A stretch of 64,000 bases of DNA, taken from assembly GCA_041937175.2 (NCBI GenBank), contig CP166615.1, positions 2,080,001 through 2,144,000 on the forward strand, read 5' to 3'. The number at the start of each line of letters is the position of its first letter. The first letter of the stretch is position 1. The position numbers were made by a program, and so were the translations under genes. This stretch comes from Limnothrix sp. BL-A-16 (GTDB lineage: Bacteria > Cyanobacteriota > Cyanobacteriia > CACIAM-69d). The notes beneath the pieces are model-generated. The model ran no database searches. It saw only the letters and a list, made by a program, of their open reading frames with translations, and was not told where the DNA came from. Below, piece by piece: positions 10,301-19,329 of this stretch.

Positions 10301-12183
10301 TTGTCCTTCAGCGCTTCCTCGGGCGTGATCCCCGCCGGAATCCCGATCGGCAAAATGATGTAGCCATACTTTTTGCCGGTCGCCAGCCGCATCACCCGCC
10401 CCACCGACTGCACCACATCCACCACCGACCCGCGCGGCGACAAAAACATCACCGCATCCAACGCGGGCACATCCACCCCCTCCGACAAACAGCGCACATT
10501 CGACAAAATGCGGCAAACATTCCCCTCGCCGCTGGTGTCCGCCTTCAGCCAATCCAACTTGGCGTGGCGCTCCAGCATGTTTTGCTTGCTGTCCACATGG
10601 TCGAGCTGGCAATCCAACAGCGCTTCATCGTCCGGGTGCGTGCGCTTGTATTCGCTCACCATGGCCGAAAACATCCGCACGATCGCCTCAGATTTCACGA
10701 TCGACGGCGCAAAAGCCACCGCCCGCCGCATTGGCTCGCGATCGGCGCTAGTGTACCCATCGGTCTCCGCTTCTTCCCCGTCTCCTGCGATCCGCTTGGC
10801 CAAACCGTTCCAACAACCCGCGATCTTGACCGCATCCTCTAGCTTCAGTTCATTGTTCTCGTCAGCCAACTGGTGCTGAAAGGCTTGGCTCACGGCCTTT
10901 TCGTCCACCGCCAACACCATCACGCGGTAGTCTGCCAACAACCCCTGGGCCACCGCGTCCCCAAACCCCAGCCGATAGAACTCCGAGCCGTAGAGCGCCT
11001 CATCATCCATCGAACAGAGCACAATATTGTTCTCTTTCGCCGTCGTTTTGGCATTGTCGCCATACAAACGCGGTGTAGCGGTCATATACAACCGTTTGCG
11101 CGCCTGGATGAACTGGTTGTCGTGAATCCGCACAAAATAGGATTCTTCCTTGCCCGCGATCGTCGCCCCCGTCGTCCGGTGAGCCTCGTCGCACAAAATC
11201 AAATCAAACTCGCCCAAGCCCTCCCGCAACTGCTGGGCCTCGGCGATCGCCTGCAACGATTGATAGGTCGAAAACACCACCAATAGATCGCACTGGCCCG
11301 ACGCGGCGATCGCCTGGGCCTGCTGGGCAATCACCGCCGGATCGGTCGTCGCCGGTAGGGCCAAATCCTGGGCGCTCATGTCCTCGCTGTCGGTTTTGCC
11401 CTTGCTGGCCTTCGCATCGGAACAGACCGCAATGCTTTGGAGCTTCACCGCCGTTTCCGCCGACCACTCCCGCAACGTTTGCGACAACAGGGCGATCGAC
11501 GGCACCAAAAACAACACCCGCGCCGGTTGGCCCTGGCCCCGACTGCCCACAAATCCTTCAGCGATTTTCAGGCCCGTGAAGGTCTTGCCCGTGCCGCAAG
11601 CCATGATCAATTTGCCCCGATCGGCACTGCCAAACCCGGCCATCACCTGGGCGATCGCCTCCTCTTGGTGGGGGCGCGGCGTTTTCTTGGGTTTCAGGGT
11701 CAGGGCGATCGCCTTGCCCCGACTGCTGAACTGGCCCCAATCGATCGCGCTTTCTTCCAAATCCCGCAGGCTCAACCGCGTTACGGGGATTTGCTGATTT
11801 TTCAGGGCCGCTTCGGCGTGCTTCGTCCACTTGTCCGTGGTGGAAGCAATGATCCGGCTGCTAAATTCCTTCGTGCCCGACGCGGTGAAAAACGAGTCAA
11901 TATCGCTCTTGTCGAGATAGTGATTGAAGTCGTAGAACTTGCACTGAATCGCGCAATAGTCCCCCGTGGCCCGCTCCTGAGCTACTAAATCGATCCCCGT
12001 GTCCGGTCTGCCATTGCGCCGGGGCCAATCCATCCACATCCACACATTCGAGAACCGTTCGTAATAAAGCGGCTCCTTGCGCAGGTAGCTCAACATCAAC
12101 AATTCAAAGCGATCGCCCAGGTCTCGGGTGGAACTGGCGGCGGCTTGGAATTCTTGAAGGATGCTGCGAAGGGTGGTAGCCAT
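7363..12183 (-). CDS. Type ISP restriction-modification enzyme (Mrr-like nuclease + SF2 helicase/ATPase + N6-adenine methyltransferase + TRD; LlaGI/LlaBIII-like)
   Basis: 1606 aa; nuclease DTGIDLV..AIQCK; helicase MACGTGKT, DEAH, TAT, QSVGRVMR; MTase DPFTGTGTF and NPPY; C-terminal TRD. Confidence 0.92.
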   Translation of the reverse strand: MATTLRSILQEFQAAASSTRDLGDRFELLMLSYLRKEPLYYERFSNVWMWMDWPRRNGRPDTGIDLVAQERATGDYCAIQCKFYDFNHYLDKSDIDSFFTASGTKEFSSRIIASTTDKWTKHAEAALKNQQIPVTRLSLRDLEESAIDWGQFSSRGKAIALTLKPKKTPRPHQEEAIAQVMAGFGSADRGKLIMACGTGKTFTGLKIAEGFVGSRGQGQPARVLFLVPSIALLSQTLREWSAETAVKLQSIAVCSDAKASKGKTDSEDMSAQDLALPATTDPAVIAQQAQAIAASGQCDLLVVFSTYQSLQAIAEAQQLREGLGEFDLILCDEAHRTTGATIAGKEESYFVRIHDNQFIQARKRLYMTATPRLYGDNAKTTAKENNIVLCSMDDEALYGSEFYRLGFGDAVAQGLLADYRVMVLAVDEKAVSQAFQHQLADENNELKLEDAVKIAGCWNGLAKRIAGDGEEAETDGYTSADREPMRRAVAFAPSIVKSEAIVRMFSAMVSEYKRTHPDDEALLDCQLDHVDSKQNMLERHAKLDWLKADTSGEGNVCRILSNVRCLSEGVDVPALDAVMFLSPRGSVVDVVQSVGRVMRLATGKKYGYIILPIGIPAGITPEEALKDNKRYAVVWEVLQALRAHDDRFNATVNKLELNQSKPAQIGVIGVGMGESGELEVIGDRPAGGGGKTTQLSLNFPDLEEWRNAIYAKIVQKCGDRRYWEQWAADVAQIADRHISRIKGLIERADRDHRRAFEEFLAGLRENLNPNVSELDAIEMLAQHLITKPVFDALFEGYAFTEQNPVSIAMQKMLDLLERESLQKDTAKLAKFYDSVRQRASKIDNAAGKQTVVLELYDKFFRNAFPRMSDRLGIVYTPVEVVDFIIHSADQALKQEFGVGLTDQGVHVLDPFTGTGTFMVRLLQSGLIRREDLARKFTGELHANEIVLLAYYIAAINIEETFHGLSGGAYQPFNGIVLTDTFQMFETAGTLEDLMFPENNQRVKAQKGRDIRVIIGNPPYSAGQGSENENNKNLKYDALDGRITETYAKYSSATNKNSLYDSYIRAIRWASDRLQDQGIVCFVSNGSFIDNNAMDGLRKCLTDEFSKVYVFNLRGNARTSGEQRRMEKGSVFGEGTRTNVAISLLIKNPEHSGACQVFYHDIGDYLSREEKLKIIQDFGDISGINWQTITPNDSHDWINQRNPVFDAFLSMGDKKDATAKTIFDVYSRGVATSRDAWCYNFSRDAVANNMSRMIDFYNQQVEQYQAIQGEKPTIDHFIVTDSSKINWSRGLKSDLSKLRTYRLESDSVVSGIYRPYCKQWVYFNKHWNDMVYQMPKIFPIAPLENVAICVTGAGAQRDYSALIVNTVADDILSKTQYFPLYTYTKNTDLGELFQTADSNQSDYRRNDNIPDAILHDFQTTYRDPKITKEDIFYYVYGILHSPEYKTRFAADLKKMLPRIPFAADFWAFSRAGRQLAHWHLNYEAIEPYPIDELKETLFVEADDYQVTKMTFGRHNKQIDKTTIIYNHKIKLIGIPLAAYEYKVCDRSAIEWIMERYQITKDKDSGITNNPNHWSDDPHYIIDLLKRIVRVSLETVAIVNNLPPLNER

Positions 12184-12357
12184 GGGCGGGCGCTCGATCG
12201 GTCAATCAATACGTCAATATAATGCGTCGATACAAGGCATCGATAGGCGCATCAACTTATACAAAGGTTACTCGATATGATCGAAGAATTCAGGTGAGGA
12301 AATCTTTCATTTTTGTAAAATTCGTCTATCCAAGCAGTCACCATTCTTGATTAATTC

Positions 12358-12453
12358 GTAAGAGTTTTTCGTAAATCAGCGATCGATTAGACATAGAAAA
12401 TCAGATATAAATTGCGTCGCGATCGATCCGGCGTTTTAGGTAGGGATTCATGC
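12358..12453. repeat. Diverged direct repeat of 6958-7053 (MNT 3' end / HEPN 5' end)
   Basis: 96-bp ungapped alignment by eye with 7 mismatches; offset exactly 5400 bp. Confidence 0.9.
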
Positions 12454-12468
12454 AAGGATATTGATATT

Positions 12469-14001
12469 CTATTCATTCAATAATTGCTGTTGGCGATGCC
12501 AGGCAACAGAGAGGGCGCGGATTGCGGCCATTTCTTCGGCGGGGATTTTTTCCAGATGCTTCAAAATTAGGCTCATGCGCCCCTGCGATCGCAATTTGCT
12601 CTCGTGCCGCGCCAGGAAATCCCAATAGAAAAAGTTAAATGGACAAGCTTTTGGCCCCGTGCGATCGCGCGGACTATAACGACAACCTTTGCAATAATCA
12701 CTCATCCGATTGATGTAGTTCGCTGAGGCGGCATAGGGCTTGGAAGCCAACAAGCCCCCATCGGCAAATAGCCCCATACCCATCACATTGGTTTGCATCA
12801 CCCAATCGTAGGCATCAATAAAAACCGCGTGGAACCAGTTCTCCACTTCCTGGGGATTCAGACCCGCAATCAGGGCAAAGTTCGACAACACCATGAGCCG
12901 CTGAATGTGGTGAGCATAGCCGGTGCGATCGACCTGTTGCAGCACCTGGCGCAGGCAGTTCATATCAGTGTTGCCGTCCCAAAACCACTGGGGCAGAGCG
13001 TGTTGGTGGCCAAACCAGTTGCGATCGGGGTAGGGCGGTTCCTCGTCAGCTTTCAGCACTTGCAGGTAGATGCCGCGCATGTATTCTCGCCAGCCCAGCA
13101 CTTGCCGAATGAAGCCTTCAACGCTGGCGATCGGCAGACCCCGATCGCGCCAGGCCTTTTCGGCGGCAAAGATCACCTCACGCGGATGCAGCAAGCCGAG
13201 GTTGAGGTAGGGCGAGAGCAGGGCGTGCCACAGGGTGTCTTGGCCCGTCACCATCGCATCTTGGTAGGGGCCAAAGGTGCGGAGCCGGTGGGCGATGAAG
13301 TGGTCGAGCACGTCGAGGGCACGCGATCGGGTGGTGGCCCAGCGGAAGGAGTCGATCGATCCGTAGGTGGGCAAATCGAGCGATCGCACCTTTTCGATCA
13401 CCGTCAGCACAATTTCATCGGGCGCAAATTCCAGCGGTGTGGGCGGATGTAGCGGCCCCTTGGGGGGTTGGCGGTTGTCCTTGTCAAAGTTCCACTGGCC
13501 GCCGACGGGCTTGGAACCTTCCATCAAAATTTGGAATCGTTTGCGCCCTTCCCGATAGAAATCTTCCATGAGGAAGCGTTTTCGGCTGCCAAACCAGTTG
13601 GCTAGCTCTGTCTCGCTCCAGAGAAATTGGTTATTGGGGATTTGTTCCAGTTTGCAGGGCAAATCGAGCTGATTCAGGGTTTGCTGAAAGGGCCGATCAA
13701 CCGGAGCCATCACCAACAGCCGATCAATTTGGTGCTTGATCACCCAGGCGCGTAGGGGTGTGGCGAAATCTTCTGCCTCGGCCCAGGTGGCGGGCCAGCC
13801 CATATCCTGCAACTCCCGCACAAAGTGGCGCATGGCCGACCAAACCAGCACCAATTTTTGGGCATGGTAGGGCCGTTGGCGCACATGAGCCAGGGACTCG
13901 ATCGCGATTACCGGAACCCGCGCCCGATCGCCCGCACAGGCCACCAACGCCGCTTGCTCGTGCCACAGTTGATCGCCCAAAATCCACACCCCCGTTTTCA
14001 T
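12469..14001 (-). CDS. Cryptochrome/photolyase family protein, FeS-BCP (PhrB/CryB-like) (6-4) photolyase
   Basis: ILGDQL N-terminus, GGQWNFDKDNR, YAHHIQRLMV, Fe-S cysteines MNC...DYCKGC...ACPF. Confidence 0.88.
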   Translation of the reverse strand: MKTGVWILGDQLWHEQAALVACAGDRARVPVIAIESLAHVRQRPYHAQKLVLVWSAMRHFVRELQDMGWPATWAEAEDFATPLRAWVIKHQIDRLLVMAPVDRPFQQTLNQLDLPCKLEQIPNNQFLWSETELANWFGSRKRFLMEDFYREGRKRFQILMEGSKPVGGQWNFDKDNRQPPKGPLHPPTPLEFAPDEIVLTVIEKVRSLDLPTYGSIDSFRWATTRSRALDVLDHFIAHRLRTFGPYQDAMVTGQDTLWHALLSPYLNLGLLHPREVIFAAEKAWRDRGLPIASVEGFIRQVLGWREYMRGIYLQVLKADEEPPYPDRNWFGHQHALPQWFWDGNTDMNCLRQVLQQVDRTGYAHHIQRLMVLSNFALIAGLNPQEVENWFHAVFIDAYDWVMQTNVMGMGLFADGGLLASKPYAASANYINRMSDYCKGCRYSPRDRTGPKACPFNFFYWDFLARHESKLRSQGRMSLILKHLEKIPAEEMAAIRALSVAWHRQQQLLNE

Positions 14002-14119
14002 GGGGATGCTCAATTGCTGGAGTTCCGCACCCATTAAGCCCTACCGATTTCTGACGGATTCTCGACCGATTTCTATTGCTTGACTGATTTCTACTGCTTG
14101 TGCGCCTAAGCATGTACGC

Positions 14120-14461
14120 CTAAGCATCGGTGGGCCGATCGCCCCGGCTCCCCTGCACCCAAAGCTGCACCATCAGCGCCAACAACCCCAGGGCCACAAA
14201 GCTAAAGACAAAGGTTCCCAGGGTGCCCACCCCGACCACCAAGGTGCGCACCGCACCGCCAATGCTGAGGGTGAGACGGTTGGTGCTGGTGATGGGGTGA
14301 GCGGCAAAAGTTTGGGCAATTTTATAGGTCAGTGCGCCGGCTCCCACCGCGATCGCCGCCGAAATTCCGGAACCCCCCAGGCAATCCAGGGGTGAGGGCA
14401 TTTTCTTGGCGGGAGTTTCGGGGGTGGTTTTGCTGGTTTTGGGGTTGGGTTTGGAGGTCAT
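14120..14461 (-). CDS. DUF3082-like two-TM membrane protein
   Basis: 113 aa; two hydrophobic helices, SIGGAVRTLVVG..L.TFVF pattern. Confidence 0.7.
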   Translation of the reverse strand: MTSKPNPKTSKTTPETPAKKMPSPLDCLGGSGISAAIAVGAGALTYKIAQTFAAHPITSTNRLTLSIGGAVRTLVVGVGTLGTFVFSFVALGLLALMVQLWVQGSRGDRPTDA

Positions 14462-15120
14462 GGCAAGGCGGCGCTAAACGCTGACTCCCCTTAATTTACA
14501 GCCGATCGGGTCGTTCCCACCGCGCAAAGGCAGATCCCGGGGCGATCGGGGCAGTTTCCCCTTCAGCCGCATCAGTGCAGAGTGAATTGGGGTGAATTCA
14601 AGGCGATCGGGGGCGATTTGGAGCCAGTCGGCAACCCATTCTCTCCCTGATGACTGGGTTACTTCCCCTGGCTCGTTACAAGCCAGTTGTAGAACTTCAT
14701 GAAGAAATTCATAAACTTCATAAACTTCTTCATGGGATTAAAAAGAGATCAAACATTTATTTTGGTATTTTCGGGATCATGCTCCCGCATCATCAACCAC
14801 CTTGAGCATTTGATCCCTATTTTTACTTAGTGATTCCCTAAAGGTGTTCTTAAGAATTGCTGGAATAAAGTCAGTGCAAAATTCTTTTCTCTGATGAAGC
14901 AGTTTTGACGATGATTGTTTTTCTTCAAAGCAAGGGAAAAGCTTATCTCCAAAGGCGATGAGCGTTCTTTGGAAAGCCCGTGAAATTGCAACAAATTCCT
15001 TTAGGCAAGTTGTTATAAATGTCATCACTCGATCGCGCGATCGATAAGACAAGTTGAAAATTCCGATCGCAACCGGGGGATCGGCCTAGGATGCAAGCAG
15101 TTGCGCGGAAGCGAACGCGT

Positions 15121-16293
15121 ATGAAAGTTGCGGTTGTGAAAGAAGTGGCGCTGGATGAACGGCGCGTGGCCCTGGTTCCCGACGTGGTAGCTCGTTGGGT
15201 CAAAAAAGGGCTAGCGATTGTCGTTGAAGCCGGCGCGGGAGAACGCGCAGGATTTACGGATTCGGCCTATGAAGCGGCGGGTGCAACAGTGACGAGCGAT
15301 CGCGCTCAACTGTGGCAAACGTCGGATTTGGTGACGAAGGTTTTGCCCCCCACCGATGAGGAACTGGGTTGGCTGAAGTCGGGATCGATGTTGATGGGCT
15401 TTTTGGAGCCGCTCGATCGCCCTCAGTCCATCAAAACCCTGACAGAACGGGGTATCACAGCGATTTCCCTAGAATTCGTGCCTCGCAGCACCCGTGCTCA
15501 GGTGGCGGATGCCCTTTCGTCTCAGGCCAACGCAGCCGGCTACAAAGCTGTGCTGTTGGCGGCGGCGGCCCTGCCCAAATATTTCCCCATGTTGACCACA
15601 GCGGCGGGAACCATCCCGCCGGCCAAGGTGCTGGTGTTGGGTGTGGGTGTGGCCGGGTTGCAGGCGATCGCCACCGCCCGCCGATTGGGGGCCGTGGTGG
15701 AAGCCTTTGACATCCGCCCGGAAACCCGCGACGAGGTGCAAAGCCTCGGGGCCCGGTTTGTGGAGATGAAGATCGAGGAAGAAACCAGCGGGCAAAACGG
15801 TTATGCCAAAGCGGTTTCCGATAATTTGCAAGCTCGGATCCAAGCCACCGTGGCTGAACGGGCGATCGGGGCCGACGTGGTGATCACCACCGCCAAAATT
15901 CCCGGCCGCCGTGCCCCGATCATGATCACCGCCGACACCGTGGCCCAAATGAAGCCCGGTTCCGTGATTGTGGACTTGGCCGCAGAACAGGGCGGTAACT
16001 GTGAATGCAGTCAGCCGGGCCATGACCATGTGGTGAATGGGGTGCAAATTTTGGCCCCGATGCACTTGGCCGGCACGGTCACCACCCACGCCAGTATGCA
16101 ATACGCCAAAAACTGTTCGGCCCTGTTGGACTGGTTGATCAAAGATGGGCAACCGGTGTTCAACTTTGCTGACGACATTTTGGACGCGGTTTGCATCACC
16201 CACGGTGGCGAAATTCGCAACGATCGGGTGCGAAATTTGGTCGCTACTCTCTCAGAAACCCCTTCGGCTGAATCAATGGTGTTGGCCTCATGA
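15121..16293 (+). CDS. pntA: NAD(P) transhydrogenase subunit alpha part 1 (domain I)
   Basis: ERRVALVP, DALSSQAN.AGYKAV, GVGVAGLQAIATARRLGA Rossmann motif. Confidence 0.93.
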   Translation: MKVAVVKEVALDERRVALVPDVVARWVKKGLAIVVEAGAGERAGFTDSAYEAAGATVTSDRAQLWQTSDLVTKVLPPTDEELGWLKSGSMLMGFLEPLDRPQSIKTLTERGITAISLEFVPRSTRAQVADALSSQANAAGYKAVLLAAAALPKYFPMLTTAAGTIPPAKVLVLGVGVAGLQAIATARRLGAVVEAFDIRPETRDEVQSLGARFVEMKIEEETSGQNGYAKAVSDNLQARIQATVAERAIGADVVITTAKIPGRRAPIMITADTVAQMKPGSVIVDLAAEQGGNCECSQPGHDHVVNGVQILAPMHLAGTVTTHASMQYAKNCSALLDWLIKDGQPVFNFADDILDAVCITHGGEIRNDRVRNLVATLSETPSAESMVLAS

Positions 16294-16568
16294 GTGAAAC
16301 CTTGGTAACGGGTTTGGTGGTGTTTGTTTTGGCCTCCTTTGTGGGGTTTGAAATCATCAACAAAGTGCCGCCCACGCTTCACACCCCTTTGATGTCCGGT
16401 GCGAATGCTATTTCGGGAATTGCTGTCGTGGGGGCAATTTGGGCCGGCGGCGCAGCACAACTCAGTGGCCCCACCATTCTGGGTCTGGTGGCCATTGTGC
16501 TGGCCATGGTGAACGTGGTTGGTGGCTTTTGGGTGACCGATCGAATGCTGCAAATGTTTAAGAAATAG
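16290..16568 (+). CDS. NAD(P) transhydrogenase subunit alpha part 2 (membrane)
   Basis: KVPPTLHTPLMSGANAISGI...NVVGGFWVTDRMLQMF; ATGA overlap with upstream gene. Confidence 0.92.
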   Translation: MSETLVTGLVVFVLASFVGFEIINKVPPTLHTPLMSGANAISGIAVVGAIWAGGAAQLSGPTILGLVAIVLAMVNVVGGFWVTDRMLQMFKK

Positions 16569-16952
16569 CCTGACAGCCACTGGAAAAGCGCTTGAAAAAG
16601 GCTTGAACTTAAAAGGCTCGAAGACAACCTGAGAAGCAACCTCCAAATTTCCCTGCAATGACCCTTTCCTAAACCGATCGACTGACTCGATTGTCCAGCC
16701 GTTCCATCGCCCAATGGCTATTTTTCATCTTCAAAATGGGCAAGCGATCGAGAGCAAAGGCCAATCGAAGTCAGCCGGTACAAAGTCAGGATGCAATTGA
16801 GGGTTTGATGCAGGGGATCGCCAAAGGTTGAATTCTGGGGTTCAATTCCAGAGTTGAATTCAAGACTTCACTCAACGCTTCATTCAACGCTTGGCTCAAT
16901 GAAAGGCTGGAATTTTGAAGCATCCTGAGACCAAAGGGCGAGGACATAAGGA

Positions 16953-18392
16953 ATGATCGATGGACTTGTATCGGGTGTTTTGCCCGCTGAATGGTGGACA
17001 ACGATCGCCCGGCTAAGCAACTTAGCCGCCGCGGCCCTGTTCATTGTGGGGATCAAAATGTTGGGATCGCCCGCCACCGCTCGCCGGGGCAACTGGCTGG
17101 CGGCCGTGGGTATGGCCATGGCGATCGGGGTGACCCTGCTCGATCGCTCCGCCGTCAACTACGGCGCATTGTTGGCCACCCTGGTGGCGGGATCGGTGAT
17201 TGGTCTGATTGCCGCCAAGCGCGTTGCCATGACCGACATGCCCCAGATGGTGGGCCTGTTGAACGGGTTGGGCGGCGCGGCTTCGGCTCTGGTGGCAGCA
17301 GCAGAATATTGGCGGATTGTGAACACAGGCGCACCGGTTCCCACCGATACGGCCGTGACCGTGATTGCCGGGCTGTTAATTGGGGGCATCACCCTCACGG
17401 GTAGTTTCATGGCCTTTGCCAAGCTGCAAGGATTGGTGACCGGCGCACCCATCACTTTTCCCCTGCAACAACCGGTGAATTTCGGCTTGCTGGTGGGCTT
17501 TGTGGTCAGCGGTGCTTATTTGCTGATTCATCCGGGTGATTTGACGGTTTTGTGGCTGCTGACGGGCATTTCCCTGGTGCAGGGGGTGTTGGTGGTGTTG
17601 CCGATCGGGGGGGCGGATACTCCGGTGGTGATTTCGCTGCTGAACTCCCTGTCCGGTCTGGCGGCCAGTGCGGCGGGTTTTGTGTTGGGCAATGAAATGC
17701 TGGTGATTGCCGGGGCGCTGGTGGGCGCTTCGGGGCTGATCTTGACCCAAATCATGTGCAAGGCCATGAACCGATCGCTGACCAATGTGCTCTTTGGGGC
17801 CTTTGGCAGTGTCAGCACGGCTACGGGTGATGGCGGCAGCGGCGATGCGGGTTCCCACACGGTGCGCTCGATCGACCCGGAAGAATGCGCCATGATGCTG
17901 GGTTATGCCCGATCGGTGGCAATTGTGCCCGGCTATGGCATGGCAGTAGCCCAGGCCCAGCACGCCGTGCGGGAACTGGCCGATCAGCTAGAGCGGTTGG
18001 GGGTTGATGTGCGCTATGCCATTCACCCGGTGGCGGGCCGGATGCCGGGCCACATGAACGTGTTGTTGGCGGAAGCCAACGTGCCCTATACCCAACTGTG
18101 CGACCTGGACGACATTAACCCGGACTTTGAGCGGGTGGATGTGGCGCTGGTGATTGGGGCCAATGATGTGGTGAACCCGGATGCCCGGGACAATCCCCAA
18201 AGTCCAATCTACGGGATGCCGATTCTGGAGGTCGATCGCGCCAAACACACGATCGTGATCAAGCGCAGCATGAACCCCGGATTCGCCGGTTTGGATAATG
18301 CGCTGTTCTACGAAGACAAGACGATGATGCTGTTTGGCAGTGCAAAAGAAAAAGTGTCTGAGCTGGTGGCCAGCGTTAAGGAACTGAGCTAG
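16953..18392 (+). CDS. pntB: NAD(P) transhydrogenase subunit beta
   Basis: 479 aa; PGYGMAVAQAQH, HPVAGRMPGHMNVLLAEA, GANDVVNP. Confidence 0.95.
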   Translation: MIDGLVSGVLPAEWWTTIARLSNLAAAALFIVGIKMLGSPATARRGNWLAAVGMAMAIGVTLLDRSAVNYGALLATLVAGSVIGLIAAKRVAMTDMPQMVGLLNGLGGAASALVAAAEYWRIVNTGAPVPTDTAVTVIAGLLIGGITLTGSFMAFAKLQGLVTGAPITFPLQQPVNFGLLVGFVVSGAYLLIHPGDLTVLWLLTGISLVQGVLVVLPIGGADTPVVISLLNSLSGLAASAAGFVLGNEMLVIAGALVGASGLILTQIMCKAMNRSLTNVLFGAFGSVSTATGDGGSGDAGSHTVRSIDPEECAMMLGYARSVAIVPGYGMAVAQAQHAVRELADQLERLGVDVRYAIHPVAGRMPGHMNVLLAEANVPYTQLCDLDDINPDFERVDVALVIGANDVVNPDARDNPQSPIYGMPILEVDRAKHTIVIKRSMNPGFAGLDNALFYEDKTMMLFGSAKEKVSELVASVKELS

Positions 18393-18839
18393 GAATTAAT
18401 AGGAATTAAACAGACCACCATCCCCGATCGGGGTTGAAAAGCAGGTTTGGAGTGCGGGTTGATTGTGCGGGTTGGTTGTGCGGGCTTGCGATGTCAATTG
18501 CAACCTGTGCTCTGGCCTTCGCAATCATCCAGGACTTGAATCATTCAAGGCTTGCAACCCAAAAGTGCGGGGATGAGTCTTTTAATTCAATCAGTTAACT
18601 CAACCCGTGCATGGGCCAATCAACACATGGGGGCGATCGCCGTTCCCATCATGAGCCGAACTGATTTGGAGAGCTTGAGCGATCAATCACGATCCCGCAA
18701 CTTTCCCGATCGTTCGGCTTGACCTATGCAAAGGTTGAAATCGACTGAGGGTAGCTTTGCTCAGGCTCGCCAGTATCGTCTTGCGAGACGGGCTGTCGGT
18801 GTGGGCTGTGGGCTGCTGATTTCAAACAACCACGACACT

Positions 18840-19241
18840 ATGAAACGTAACTTTCCGACCCAGGCGCTGCAATCGTTGACCATCGTAGGAAGCTTTGTGG
18901 CCCTGGGCCTTGCGTCCGGTTTGAGCGCCCAAGCCGCAGAGCCGATCGAGACCGATCGCCAGTCGATCGGGAGCCTGACCCAGCGCAATGCTTACCCGCC
19001 AGAATTTTCGCGCGCCTTTTTGCAAAGCTGTACCCGATCGGCCCAACAGTCGGGCCAGTTTAACCAACAGCAGGCTACGCAATATTGCCAATGCTCCTTG
19101 GCGGAATTCCAGTCGCGCTATACCTTGCAGCAAACCATGAACCTCTACCAACGGATGCAGCAATCGAACAGCAATGAGCTGCCGCCGGAAATGATGCAAA
19201 TTGCGCGTACCTGTGTGCAACGGGTGTTTGGCACTCGCTAA
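18840..19241 (+). CDS. Hypothetical secreted protein with four cysteines
   Basis: Signal peptide ending AQA; YP..F...FL.SC...YC.C...C pattern. Confidence 0.7.
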   Translation: MKRNFPTQALQSLTIVGSFVALGLASGLSAQAAEPIETDRQSIGSLTQRNAYPPEFSRAFLQSCTRSAQQSGQFNQQQATQYCQCSLAEFQSRYTLQQTMNLYQRMQQSNSNELPPEMMQIARTCVQRVFGTR

Positions 19242-19306
19242 TCAAGTTGAGCTAATCAGACTGAGCTAATCAGACTGAGCTAATCAGGTTGAGCTAATCA
19301 AGTTGA
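19237..19306. repeat. Tandem repeat, 5 x 14 bp (GCTAATCARRYTGA)
   Basis: Units start at 19237, 19251, 19265, 19279, 19293. Confidence 0.9.
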
Positions 19307-19329
19307 TCCCGTGAGTAACAACTCGCTCT

